Virus record (IMG/VR): IMGVR_UViG_3300037423_000767
Location: 1-41,352 of that record
DNA length: 41,352 bases
Source: a virus
Taxonomy: Duplodnaviria > Caudoviricetes
Reading direction: 5' to 3' (one strand)
In this document: piece by piece, positions 1 to 7,831 of the stretch
Layout of the letters: every line of letters begins with the position of its first letter
How positions within the stretch are numbered: the stretch's first letter is position 1
Notes under the pieces: model-generated
What the model saw: the letters and a program-made list of their open reading frames with translations, nothing else
Told to the model about the DNA's origin: nothing
Database searches by the model: none
Program-made: the position numbers and the translations under genes

Positions 1-223
1 CGCTACCATCCCAATGCACCAGCGCTTCCTCTGGATAGGCATCAATGTTCATGCCTTTGTGGTCGTCATACCAAGCGACCTCAACGCAACCGTGCTCGCA
101 TACAGATAGAACTGTCATAAGCGGCGAGCCGGTAAGCAGGGTAACTACGTCGCCGGGATAGAAGGCGTCGTCGGTAACGACCGGCTCGGCGCTGAACCAA
201 GGGCTGTTAAGGTGTGCGTTCAT
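1..223 (-). CDS. DUF2158/YodC-like small protein (3' end outside window)
   Basis: Manual translation MNAHLNSPWF...FYPGDVVTLLTGSPLMTVLSV...VEVAWY...AYPEEAL fits the FxxGDVVxLxxGxPxMTV pattern; GAGGAG RBS. Confidence 0.7.
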   Translation of the reverse strand, partial: MNAHLNSPWFSAEPVVTDDAFYPGDVVTLLTGSPLMTVLSVCEHGCVEVAWYDDHKGMNIDAYPEEALVHWDGS

Positions 224-249
224 GTGTGTTCTCCTCTAATGAACGTTGA

Positions 250-360
250 CTATTCGGCGTCTGTAGTGCTGGCAGTGTGAGTCTTAACGAATGCGGTAAT
301 CTGCGGCCAGAAGTACCAAGCGGCGCCAGCAATAGCGGCTAGGGCGATGAGATCGAACAT
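250..360 (-). CDS. Small single-TM protein (36 aa)
   Basis: MFDLIALAAIAGAAWYFWPQITAFVKTHTASTTDAE; GAGGA RBS. Confidence 0.6.
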   Translation of the reverse strand: MFDLIALAAIAGAAWYFWPQITAFVKTHTASTTDAE

Positions 361-390
361 GTGCGTAACATCCTCATATTTTGTTGAACA

Positions 391-465
391 TGGAGCCAGC
401 GTCAGGACTTGAACCTGCAACCCGACGCCTACAAGGCGCCAGCGCTACCATTGCGCCACACTGGC
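391..465 (-). tRNA. tRNA-Thr(UGU)
   Basis: Reverse complement folds: acceptor GCCAGTG/CGCTGGC + TCCA, D arm GCGC-AATGGTA-GCGC, anticodon loop CT-TGT-AG, T loop TTCAAGT; one G-A mismatch in the T stem. Confidence 0.88.
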
Positions 466-469
466 AAAT

Positions 470-852
470 ACTCACACCACGTTTTGCGCCAATGTGCGCT
501 GGTCCGGTGCCGACCTTTCACGAAGGCGCAATTGTGCTGCCCCGGAAATTGCCGCCGCAAGAATACGACAGCGTTGAATTGAGCGCTGCCGGGAGGCGCT
601 CGCTTTATCGATGCGAACCTCAACCGGCAGCGAAACCGCCACAAGTCGCCGAGAGGAGGCGGCGCCAAGCGGCGATGCATATGAGCCGGTCCCCATGCGG
701 TGAACCTATTATCTGATAGGTGCGCAAGCACCACGCCAGGGCCACATAGTTACCCGACACTCAGCGGCTGCACCTGCCGTAAGGCTCTGCAGCATGGCGT
801 CGGGTCCGTCGCAAAGCGCACGGAAGTGTTTGGGGTCGCTAAGCGACCCCTT
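470..852. ncRNA. Candidate structured RNA / late-operon leader
   Basis: No convincing ORF; stems 484-490/525-531, 584-592/624-632, 704-709/716-721, 752-758/799-805 enclosing 767-772/788-793, 805-809/820-824, 832-840/842-850. Confidence 0.4.
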
Positions 853-886
853 CACTATACTCCGTGCTCAAATCGAAAATCGGAAC

Positions 887-1759
887 TCAAGCGGCAAGGT
901 TCCTTGCCTCGCGCAAATTGTCGTTGGCTTCCACCAACCTGCGAACGCCGCGCTTTCTAGCACCTCTGTTTGTGCCGCCAGGCGCTATGTCGGCCAATGT
1001 CCTCGCTTCCATAGCATTGTCCAGAGTCTCGATATCCTGTTCGGACAGGTAGCGCATGGTCGCATCCCAAACCTCGCGATGCACCTTGGACATGGCGATA
1101 TCTTCCCAAGCGATCGCGCCGCTTTCGCCTTTCTTGCCCTTGTGCATGCCTACGAAGTTTTCTGCTACACGCTCACCGCCAGACGGCAATGCTGGTGGAC
1201 AAACGGTTATCTCTGGCCACGGGTGAGTAGCCAAAACATCCAACTGCTCTTCCTTTGTCATGAGCGCGCGTCGCTTGTTCGGCTTTCCAGCCTTCACATG
1301 CACAGGATAATCGACGTCGAACATTTCGGCGAAATAGCTGTTGCTAGCCACGACGCTGCGCTCTGTATGGCCGGATCCGCCAAGCGTCGCCTCCGGCTTG
1401 TCGCGCGTTTCGAGCATAGCGCCAGTCGGCATACGCTCATCATACTGTACAATCTTGCCTTCAGGTCCGTAGCAATAAGCACGCTCGGTCTGCGAGCCGT
1501 CGCTGAACCGAAGCTTGCCGATACGCACTATCTGGCCGGCATCGTTGCGCTCGACATCGTGCGTAAAGACGTTGGCCATTATCTCGCCAACGCTTGGCGT
1601 CATGCGCCACGAACGCTCAACGCCAAGCTCTGCAACTTCCTCCGGATTATTGTCGTTGGCCGGAATGACGCTCCAGTTCGTCTTCACCGGCTCAATCGGT
1701 CCTTCCGGCTTATTGCGCCAGGCCATAAGCTGCTGAGCTAGATCGCCGTGGCGAGCCAT
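887..1759 (-). CDS. Hypothetical protein, putative late-transcription regulator, with SsrA-tag-like C-terminus
   Basis: Lies just upstream of the late operon; C-terminal LSEQDIETLDNAMEARTLADIA is sigma4/HTH-like; ends EANDNLREARNLAA; ATG 1759 has GGGG RBS. Confidence 0.6.
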   Translation of the reverse strand: MARHGDLAQQLMAWRNKPEGPIEPVKTNWSVIPANDNNPEEVAELGVERSWRMTPSVGEIMANVFTHDVERNDAGQIVRIGKLRFSDGSQTERAYCYGPEGKIVQYDERMPTGAMLETRDKPEATLGGSGHTERSVVASNSYFAEMFDVDYPVHVKAGKPNKRRALMTKEEQLDVLATHPWPEITVCPPALPSGGERVAENFVGMHKGKKGESGAIAWEDIAMSKVHREVWDATMRYLSEQDIETLDNAMEARTLADIAPGGTNRGARKRGVRRLVEANDNLREARNLAA

Positions 1760-1800
1760 GTTGTCCCCATATGTTGTGATTTGGAATCGGCTTGACACGA

Positions 1801-1829
1801 CATATAGGCGATTTCGCCTATAATGTCAA
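1801..1829 (-). promoter_or_regulatory. Sigma70-type promoter with repressor operator
   Basis: Minus strand TTGACA-17-TATATG; operator TAGGCGATTTCGCCTA at 1805-1820. Confidence 0.8.
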
Positions 1830-1833
1830 GCGG

Positions 1834-2022
1834 CTAGGCTGGCCGCCAGCCGCTATCTAGCGCCTGCATGACTAGCGCAAGCAGGCGCGGCACTGGTCGC
1901 GGATTGGTTGCGCGCTCGAATTCGCTAATACGCATCGGCGAGCCGTAGTCTAGAAAAGACGCAAGCTCCGCTTGGGTCATTCCCAAACGGAGCCTGATTT
2001 CGCGGAATTCTTGGTTGGTCAC
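1834..2022 (-). CDS. Small XRE/Cro-like HTH regulator (Aca-like position)
   Basis: MTNQEFREIRLRLGMTQAELASFLDYGSPMRISEFE; GTG start overlaps upstream stop. Confidence 0.8.
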   Translation of the reverse strand: MTNQEFREIRLRLGMTQAELASFLDYGSPMRISEFERATNPRPVPRLLALVMQALDSGWRPA

Positions 2023-2231
2023 GGCAGTTCGGTGCGCGCTTTCCACGACTTGCCGCGCCCTTCAACGACAATCGAAGTGTCGTCATCGAATGTGTAGGTC
2101 ATGCCGCCATCGAATGGCGTCTCAACGTCCGCGCCCATGCGCTTGGCAATCTTCGCCAGCGCAACGGTTTTGTCGGACGAATTGAATTCGGCGAGAGCCT
2201 TCTCGGCCATAGTCGGGAATTGCAAGGTCAT
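2019..2231 (-). CDS. Hypothetical protein (70 aa)
   Basis: ORF with GAGGAG RBS, coupled to the HTH gene. Confidence 0.75.
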   Translation of the reverse strand: MTLQFPTMAEKALAEFNSSDKTVALAKIAKRMGADVETPFDGGMTYTFDDDTSIVVEGRGKSWKARTELP

Positions 2232-2243
2232 TGGTTTCTCCTC

Positions 2244-2396
2244 TTAAGCGAAAGTGACTTCTGCATCGCGGCGGGCAAGCTCGACCTTGGCGTGATAACG
2301 ATGCCAAGCCCACTTCTTGGAATTCGATGCAACGATTTCGCGCAGGAGTTCGTTGCTGGCCATCGAAACGAAGCGAGTGATTTGGTCGGTCGTCAT
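2244..2396 (-). CDS. Hypothetical protein (50 aa)
   Basis: MTTDQITRFVSMASNELLREIVASNSKKWAWHRYHAKVELARRDAEVTFA; AAGGAG RBS. Confidence 0.7.
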   Translation of the reverse strand: MTTDQITRFVSMASNELLREIVASNSKKWAWHRYHAKVELARRDAEVTFA

Positions 2397-2422
2397 TGCC
2401 TTGCTCCTTGTTGATGACCACC

Positions 2423-2458
2423 ACTATAACGCATTTTCGCTATAACGCAATAGCGTTA
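2423..2458 (-). promoter_or_regulatory. Promoter with two TARCGC-N4-GCGYTA-type palindromic operators
   Basis: TTGCGT-16-TATAGT; sites 2427-2442 (one mismatch) and 2443-2458. Confidence 0.65.
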
Positions 2459-2466
2459 CGTGAAAA

Positions 2467-2715
2467 TTATGCAGAAAACTGGATGCTGCAGAAGTCGATG
2501 CAGTCGTTTGCCTTGCCGCGCTTCACGAACAGTGAGCCAGACTTACCGAGCCATACGAGATCGCGGCAGTTCGGCTTATAATCGCTGTAGCGTGTCGCGG
2601 TGCCGATACGCACAAAGCCACCGTTATTCCAGCAAGCGTTCATGCGGGCGAAGAGGCGCTTACCGCGCTGCATCTTGAGGTAGCGGCCCGCCTTCATCTG
2701 GTCGTTGGTGAGCAT
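2467..2715 (-). CDS. Hypothetical protein (82 aa)
   Basis: ATG 2715 with AAGGAG RBS, directly below the promoter at 2743-2779. Confidence 0.72.
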   Translation of the reverse strand: MLTNDQMKAGRYLKMQRGKRLFARMNACWNNGGFVRIGTATRYSDYKPNCRDLVWLGKSGSLFVKRGKANDCIDFCSIQFSA

Positions 2716-2742
2716 TTCCGTATCTCCTTCGTTGTTGAGATA

Positions 2743-2779
2743 CCTATAGCGCATCTGCGTTAGTAGCGCAATAGCGTTA
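2743..2779 (-). promoter_or_regulatory. Promoter with two TARCGC-N4-GCGYTA palindromic operators
   Basis: TTGCGC-17-TATAGG; sites 2747-2762 and 2764-2779; near-duplicate of 2423-2458. Confidence 0.65.
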
Positions 2780-3250
2780 TGCAGCTTTTTGCAGATTATT
2801 TTCAGCCAACCATCCGCGCACCAAGCTAACAGCCTGCGCAGCCGCATCCTCTTTTGTAGTGGCGCGCACAACAGTTACCGGATGCCCTATCGCGGCCAAG
2901 GCCGGATGCCTGCGCTCCTGGCTTGCTGTGAGCGCCGCGTTGCCGACCTTGTTTTCGATAAGCAGCAGTCGCCCGCCAACGCCGTAGATGCGCATGTCTG
3001 GCTCGCCGGCCGCCATGCCGGTCTTTAGTGCTTTGGTGCGCGCCTTGTGTCCGCGGCGCTCGGCATTCATGTCACCAGCGAACAAGAACTGCTTGCCATA
3101 CTCAGGCATCTTGCGCAGCGCTTCCACCATAGCCGCTTGCATGTCCTCCTCGAGCATTGCTGCCGGCTTCATGGTGACTTTGCCATCCTTCGTGACGAGC
3201 CGCACGCGGGCGCCATTGATGCGCACCGTCTGACTTGTTGCTTTTGTCAT
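2777..3250 (-). CDS. VRR-NUC domain nuclease
   Basis: EEDMQ...GMAAGEPDM...IENKVG...LTASQ PD-(D/E)xK pattern. Confidence 0.8.
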   Translation of the reverse strand: MTKATSQTVRINGARVRLVTKDGKVTMKPAAMLEEDMQAAMVEALRKMPEYGKQFLFAGDMNAERRGHKARTKALKTGMAAGEPDMRIYGVGGRLLLIENKVGNAALTASQERRHPALAAIGHPVTVVRATTKEDAAAQAVSLVRGWLAENNLQKAA

Positions 3251-3966
3251 ATCCTGCTCCAAAAATTGTTCGGCATTTCCGATAGCATAGCTGCATGCGC
3301 CGCATTCTCTGCCGCCGTTATCCGCGCTGGCAGCGGTACAGCCCGCGCCACAAGCTCGCCAACCTCAATAGCCTCCTGCGCAACAACAAGATCCAAGCCG
3401 GTCTGCCTGCCGATCAGTTCGACGTACACAGAGGCAAGCAATTCAGCGTCAAGCAATGCGCCGTGCTTCGTTCTGGCTGCGGTGGATATGCCATAGCGCT
3501 TGCACAGCGCGTCAAGGCTAGCCGAGGCGCCAGGATGCTTTGCGCGGGCCATGGCAAGCGTATCAACGACGGTGTTGGCCAGAATGGGCATACCGCAGCG
3601 GACGAGCTCGGCATTCAGGATGCCAATGTCAAAAGACGCATTGTGCGCTACCAACGGTGCGTCGCCGATGAATTGCAACAGTTCGTGCGCTGTGGCGGCG
3701 AAAGTGTTGCAACCGGCCAGGACCGCGTCGGTCAGCCCGTGAACCGCGGTAGCATCGGCCGGCATCGGCATACCGGGATTGACGTAGGCATGGAACGTTC
3801 TAGCGGGCCGAAGGTCGATAAGCTCCACGGCGCCAATCTCGGCAACGCGGTCGGTGCGGATGTCGACGCCAGTGGTTTCGGTGTCGATGACGATTTGGCG
3901 GTGCGCGAGGTGGGTTGCCTGGCTGGCTGCAGAAGCGGTGGCAGGCGACACTAGCGGCAGGGACAT
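3247..3966 (-). CDS. dnaQ: DNA polymerase III epsilon subunit (3'-5' exonuclease)
   Basis: IDTETTG, AHNASFD, HGALLDAELL DEDDh motifs; QTGLDL clamp motif; C-terminal alpha-binding-like segment. Confidence 0.9.
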   Translation of the reverse strand: MSLPLVSPATASAASQATHLAHRQIVIDTETTGVDIRTDRVAEIGAVELIDLRPARTFHAYVNPGMPMPADATAVHGLTDAVLAGCNTFAATAHELLQFIGDAPLVAHNASFDIGILNAELVRCGMPILANTVVDTLAMARAKHPGASASLDALCKRYGISTAARTKHGALLDAELLASVYVELIGRQTGLDLVVAQEAIEVGELVARAVPLPARITAAENAAHAAMLSEMPNNFWSRI

Positions 3967-4219
3967 TTTCTATTCTTTTCTTCCGGGACAAACTATCGGG
4001 ACAAATCCCCTTTCTAAAGAAAGGGGGGATTTTGTCCCAAGTGGTGTTCGGGTGTATAAAAATCGGGACAAAATCGGGACAAGCGGGACAAGACTAGGTT
4101 AAGTTATTGAAAACAATTGTCTTTTTTTGTCCCGATTTTGTCCCTCTTTGTCCCGATCGTTTGTATACAAACGGGACAAAAGCCGGGACAAAGCCATTTT
4201 TCGTTGTCCCGTTTGTCCC
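3960..4219. repeat. Iteron cluster, probable replication origin
   Basis: 14 copies of GGGACA/TGTCCC in alternating-orientation blocks with an AT-rich core, downstream of the primase-helicase. Confidence 0.75.
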
Positions 4220-4225
4220 TGCGTG

Positions 4226-4258
4226 TAGCGCATAGCTAGCGTATTTAGCTATGCGCTA
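4226..4258. repeat. Perfect 13-bp inverted repeat
   Basis: TAGCGCATAGCTA-N7-TAGCTATGCGCTA just past the primase stop. Confidence 0.8.
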
Positions 4259-4267
4259 TGTGCATAG

Positions 4268-6358
4268 CTAAGCCGCCCAATACCACAGCCCAATTTGGTT
4301 GACGTGACCCGCCTTCACCAGGTCATCCGGTGCGCGCTGGAACTGCTTTTTCGTGGTCGCAGCCACCGAAACCGACTCCATATCGCGGGCAGCATAGAAG
4401 TGCTTTTTCCACGTCTCTAGGTCGACCACGTTTATCTCTTCGGGAAACGCGTCGCCTTCCGGTTCGATGCCATCCCGCTCGATAGCGGTATGCAGTGCGG
4501 CAAGAACCTCGCCCTTGTAGCCCTTCAGCGTGCCGCTCGTTGGCACCGTGTCAGGCTCAAGCTGCACCACCACAGGTGCGCTTGTAGGCTCGCCATCCTC
4601 GTCGCGACTGAGCTCTATCGATTCCATCTTGAAGGCCAGGATGTCGCCCTCGTCGCCGTCGTTGGTGCCGTCGCATACCAGCTTGTATTTGCCATGCTCT
4701 TTCTTGACCATGTAGCTGGCGTCCACCGCGCCATCCAAGTCGATGGCACCCTTACCGCGTTCGCCTGACCATGCGCTGTGATGGATGGCCGTGACGTGCG
4801 CCTGTGTGGCTATCAGGATCTCGTCGCATGACTGCACAAACTTGGTCATGTCCTTTGATGCATTCTGGTCGCCGGCACCGAACACACGCGTTAGCGTGTC
4901 GATAATGACCCACACGCACGGCAGGTCGGTTTCGGTTTCGGCCTCCTTGATAAGCGCAATCAGCGCCCGCGCGTCGTCAAGATTGCGCGTGAAGTCCAGT
5001 CTGCCGCCTACCACAAGCAGCGGCACGTCCTTAACGCCGTGGTGCTTGCGGAAGGCCATCATGCGACGCTCGGTAAGCTTCTTTCGCTCGGCCGCCACAT
5101 AGATAACCAAGCCGCGCTTTTTGAGCTTGCGTCCGTGCCAATCCATGCCCGCCGCAACGTGGCAGGCAAGGTCGGTCACAATCACGCTTTTGCCCGTGCC
5201 CGGCAGACCGCTCACCGTGGTGTATTCGCCCACGCCAAGCAGTCCTTTGATTAGCGTTTCCTTCGGCGCGCCTTCCTCGATTTCATCGAACCATGTCTTT
5301 TCGAATCGCTCTTTGCTGCGCGGCTTTGGCTGTGGCTGTGTTGCTGCGGGTTGCTCTGGCTCGGCGTCTGCGGTTGGCTGTGGCGCCGCCTTCTTGGCAT
5401 CATACGCCGCAACCATGTCGGTCGGGTCAATAGATGGCGCTGTTTCGATGACGGGTATCTGTCGCGGACTATTGGCCGTCTTATCCAAGCCGCGCTTGAT
5501 CTTGTCGCGGCAGGATTTGGTGCCATCCTTCTTGACCAGACCAGAAGCCTCGGCCGCCGCATATAAACGGTCCTCGGCATCGGCTCGCGTCAAGGCGCCG
5601 GCCGCGACGATCTCGCCCAATGCGCACGCGCTCGAGAACAGTTGCGCACCGCGATTACCCACCGCGGCAGACGCCATCTTGGCGCACTCGTCCTCAACGG
5701 CGCGACTTACATAGCGTTCGTTGACGGACTCGATCGGACGATACACATACTCGCTGCGCTGCTCTGGTGCGGCCAGCTTGCCGACCACCATGTCAAGCAA
5801 CCATTGCGGCGCCTCGGCAAATGTCGGCATGCCGTGGCCGTCGTGGTTCGTCCATTTGTAGGCGCGGCCATCGGCCATCTTGCTTCCTGGTGCCAGGATA
5901 TAGCCGCCGTCACCCCTAGTATCCACGCCTGGAGCGATAGCCGCACGATTGCGCACGCCATCGACGTGGCGGAAGAATATGTGCGTTCCGCCATTGGCCG
6001 TGCTGGCGCGTGCCGTATCAGGAAGCGGACCATGCTTGGCCTCCATTTCGGCCAGCCATTCGTGGCCGTCGCGATCGCCGTGCTTGTCGAGGTCAAGCAC
6101 CCATGCGCCTAACGGCTCACCGGTAGGCACGCCGACCGCCGCGGCAGGAAATTTGTCGCCAAAGAAGATGTCGACAATGCGCGTCGAGCGCGTGGCGCCT
6201 TTCAGGCCATTCGAATTGTAAGGGGATTTTTCCGGCCGCAATGTGAATTCGCCGGTTGCCGGATCCATCTCGTCGGATTCGACTTCTCGGCACGGAAACA
6301 CGGATACGCCGTGGCTGGTGTACCAGCGAGCGGTTTCCAACGAACTAGGCTGCTGCAA
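4268..6358 (-). CDS. Bifunctional primase/polymerase (PrimPol) fused to AAA (RepA-like) helicase
   Basis: VLDLDKH, STANGGTHIFF, DTRGDGGYILAPGS; Walker A GLPGTGKS, Walker B VIIDT, IHH. Confidence 0.9.
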   Translation of the reverse strand: MQQPSSLETARWYTSHGVSVFPCREVESDEMDPATGEFTLRPEKSPYNSNGLKGATRSTRIVDIFFGDKFPAAAVGVPTGEPLGAWVLDLDKHGDRDGHEWLAEMEAKHGPLPDTARASTANGGTHIFFRHVDGVRNRAAIAPGVDTRGDGGYILAPGSKMADGRAYKWTNHDGHGMPTFAEAPQWLLDMVVGKLAAPEQRSEYVYRPIESVNERYVSRAVEDECAKMASAAVGNRGAQLFSSACALGEIVAAGALTRADAEDRLYAAAEASGLVKKDGTKSCRDKIKRGLDKTANSPRQIPVIETAPSIDPTDMVAAYDAKKAAPQPTADAEPEQPAATQPQPKPRSKERFEKTWFDEIEEGAPKETLIKGLLGVGEYTTVSGLPGTGKSVIVTDLACHVAAGMDWHGRKLKKRGLVIYVAAERKKLTERRMMAFRKHHGVKDVPLLVVGGRLDFTRNLDDARALIALIKEAETETDLPCVWVIIDTLTRVFGAGDQNASKDMTKFVQSCDEILIATQAHVTAIHHSAWSGERGKGAIDLDGAVDASYMVKKEHGKYKLVCDGTNDGDEGDILAFKMESIELSRDEDGEPTSAPVVVQLEPDTVPTSGTLKGYKGEVLAALHTAIERDGIEPEGDAFPEEINVVDLETWKKHFYAARDMESVSVAATTKKQFQRAPDDLVKAGHVNQIGLWYWAA

Positions 6359-7493
6359 TTGCTTGGTCCTGATTGGCGTTATTGTCGTTGGCGGCGGTGG
6401 GCTTAGCGGTGATGGCAGCCAAAGCCCGCTCTACGCGCAGGATTGCGCGGCCGATTGCTTCGGGGATTTGCGGGAGGACCGCATCGCCAAATGCTTCGAC
6501 GATAAGACTGGCTGCAATAGTCCCTCTTGGACTGCCGACTGCAATGCGCGACTTAGCCACCCAGGCGGATAGCCCATCATCCACCCGTAGGTGATGGGCA
6601 AGGCCGCCGTTCCAGTCAGACCATGGCTCTGCAATAGCGCCGCTAGCGCCCTCGCTCCCGCCCACTTGGCCATTGATGGCGCTGTCAAGTTGCCCTTGGC
6701 CGTTGGTGTCAGCGAAAGTTGATGCCGCACCGTCCCCATGCGCCCAGTGTCTCCGTGGCCGCCTGCCTTCATATCCGACGCCCGTGGCGTTGGCATCCCC
6801 GCATGCTTCGACGGATAGCCCCTCAATTGACTCAACACGTCGCCACGTCCGCCCCTGTCCGCATCCGTCTTTCGAGGCGTTGCGAGCAACGCCTCTTTCC
6901 CTGTCAGCAGAGAATTCAGCGACGGCCTCACCGGTCCAGTCCGGCCTGCCGCTCCGCCCTGATTGCTCCCGTACGAAGTTGCGGTTGGCGTCGGCAATTG
7001 AGTATCCGATAAGCCAGCTTCGCTTGCGCTCATGGTTGGCTCCGATGTCTCCAGCACTAACCACGAATGGCCAGCAGGTGTAGCCGATTGCCGCCAGCGC
7101 ATCGATGATCCGGTCTGCTCCTCGAGTTCTGAGATTAGCGCTATTTTCAAGAGCGAACCAACGAGGTCGGCATTCGTCAATGAGGCGGACGGCTTCGAAG
7201 TAGAGGCCGCTCCGCTCGCCGTCGACGCCTTTGCCTTTGGTGTTTGCGCTTGAGATGTCCTGGCATGGCGGCGAGCCGACGATGATGTCGGGAAGTCCAA
7301 CACCATCCCGAACAAGTCTGTCTGCGGTGAGGGTGGTAACGTCGTCATAGACAGGAACTCCGGGATTGTTTTGCGAGTAGAGCGCGCGCCGCCAATCAAT
7401 GACTTCGCAGGCTGCAATTGTGCGATAGCCGGCGCGATGCATCCCAAGGGACCAGCCGCCAGCCGCAGCGCTGAATAGGTCTAGGGCTCTCAT
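6345..7493 (-). CDS. C5-cytosine DNA methyltransferase, alpha polypeptide
   Basis: Motif I LDLFS, IV GSPPCQ, VI EN, VIII HERKR, X FGDAVLPQ; motif IX absent from this frame. Confidence 0.88.
   Translation of the reverse strand: MRALDLFSAAAGGWSLGMHRAGYRTIAACEVIDWRRALYSQNNPGVPVYDDVTTLTADRLVRDGVGLPDIIVGSPPCQDISSANTKGKGVDGERSGLYFEAVRLIDECRPRWFALENSANLRTRGADRIIDALAAIGYTCWPFVVSAGDIGANHERKRSWLIGYSIADANRNFVREQSGRSGRPDWTGEAVAEFSADRERGVARNASKDGCGQGRTWRRVESIEGLSVEACGDANATGVGYEGRRPRRHWAHGDGAASTFADTNGQGQLDSAINGQVGGSEGASGAIAEPWSDWNGGLAHHLRVDDGLSAWVAKSRIAVGSPRGTIAASLIVEAFGDAVLPQIPEAIGRAILRVERALAAITAKPTAANDNNANQDQAIAAA
6431..7348 (-). CDS. C5 methyltransferase beta polypeptide in nested alternative frame (M.EcoHK31I-like)
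   Basis: 305-aa overlapping ORF, GGAG RBS before ATG 7348; LPTP/ATP/MPTP repeats; WMMGYPPGW motif-IX-like end. Confidence 0.75.
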   Translation of the reverse strand: MTTLPPSPQTDLFGMVLDFPTSSSARRHARTSQAQTPKAKASTASGAASTSKPSASLTNADLVGSLLKIALISELEEQTGSSMRWRQSATPAGHSWLVLETSEPTMSASEAGLSDTQLPTPTATSYGSNQGGAAGRTGPVRPSLNSLLTGKEALLATPRKTDADRGGRGDVLSQLRGYPSKHAGMPTPRASDMKAGGHGDTGRMGTVRHQLSLTPTAKGNLTAPSMAKWAGARALAALLQSHGLTGTAALPITYGWMMGYPPGWLSRALQSAVQEGLLQPVLSSKHLAMRSSRKSPKQSAAQSCA

Positions 7494-7831
7494 CAGAAAG
7501 GAGCCTCTTGGTTGCGGACTAATCGGCGCAGTTCATTCGCACACCCATCCCAAACGGCCTTCCACAGCATCCGCCGCTCTAGGTCGTCCATGTCCGCCAT
7601 GTCCGTCTTCCCAATGTCCGCGCAATAGTTCTCAGCGCTGGCATCGCCACCATCAAGGGCGCGGATTTCGTAGGCATCGGCGCGCTTGATCTTCTTGAAG
7701 TCCTCAAGGATCAGGCTGCACTCGGCGCACAGCCAGCGGGGGTCTTTAGGGTTTGGGCCAATGCCTAGGCCGATGGCGTGCTTGCCGCAGAAGTGGCAGT
7801 CGGCGGGAATGTGTTCGGGTGGTATAGTCAT
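7493..7831 (-). CDS. Zn-finger-like phage protein (DUF6511-like)
   Basis: CHFC...CAEC, IGKTDMADM segment, ends EAPF. Confidence 0.6.
   Translation of the reverse strand: MTIPPEHIPADCHFCGKHAIGLGIGPNPKDPRWLCAECSLILEDFKKIKRADAYEIRALDGGDASAENYCADIGKTDMADMDDLERRMLWKAVWDGCANELRRLVRNQEAPF

Noticed and set aside
887-930. Phage tmRNA gene or a DNA-level repeat explaining ANDN
   Set aside because: The motifs are in frame within ordinary CDSs, use different synonymous codons, and have no tRNA-like tmRNA ends
3960-4219. Possible CRISPR array
   Set aside because: Repeats are only 6-9 bp, in both orientations and irregularly spaced; iteron-like instead
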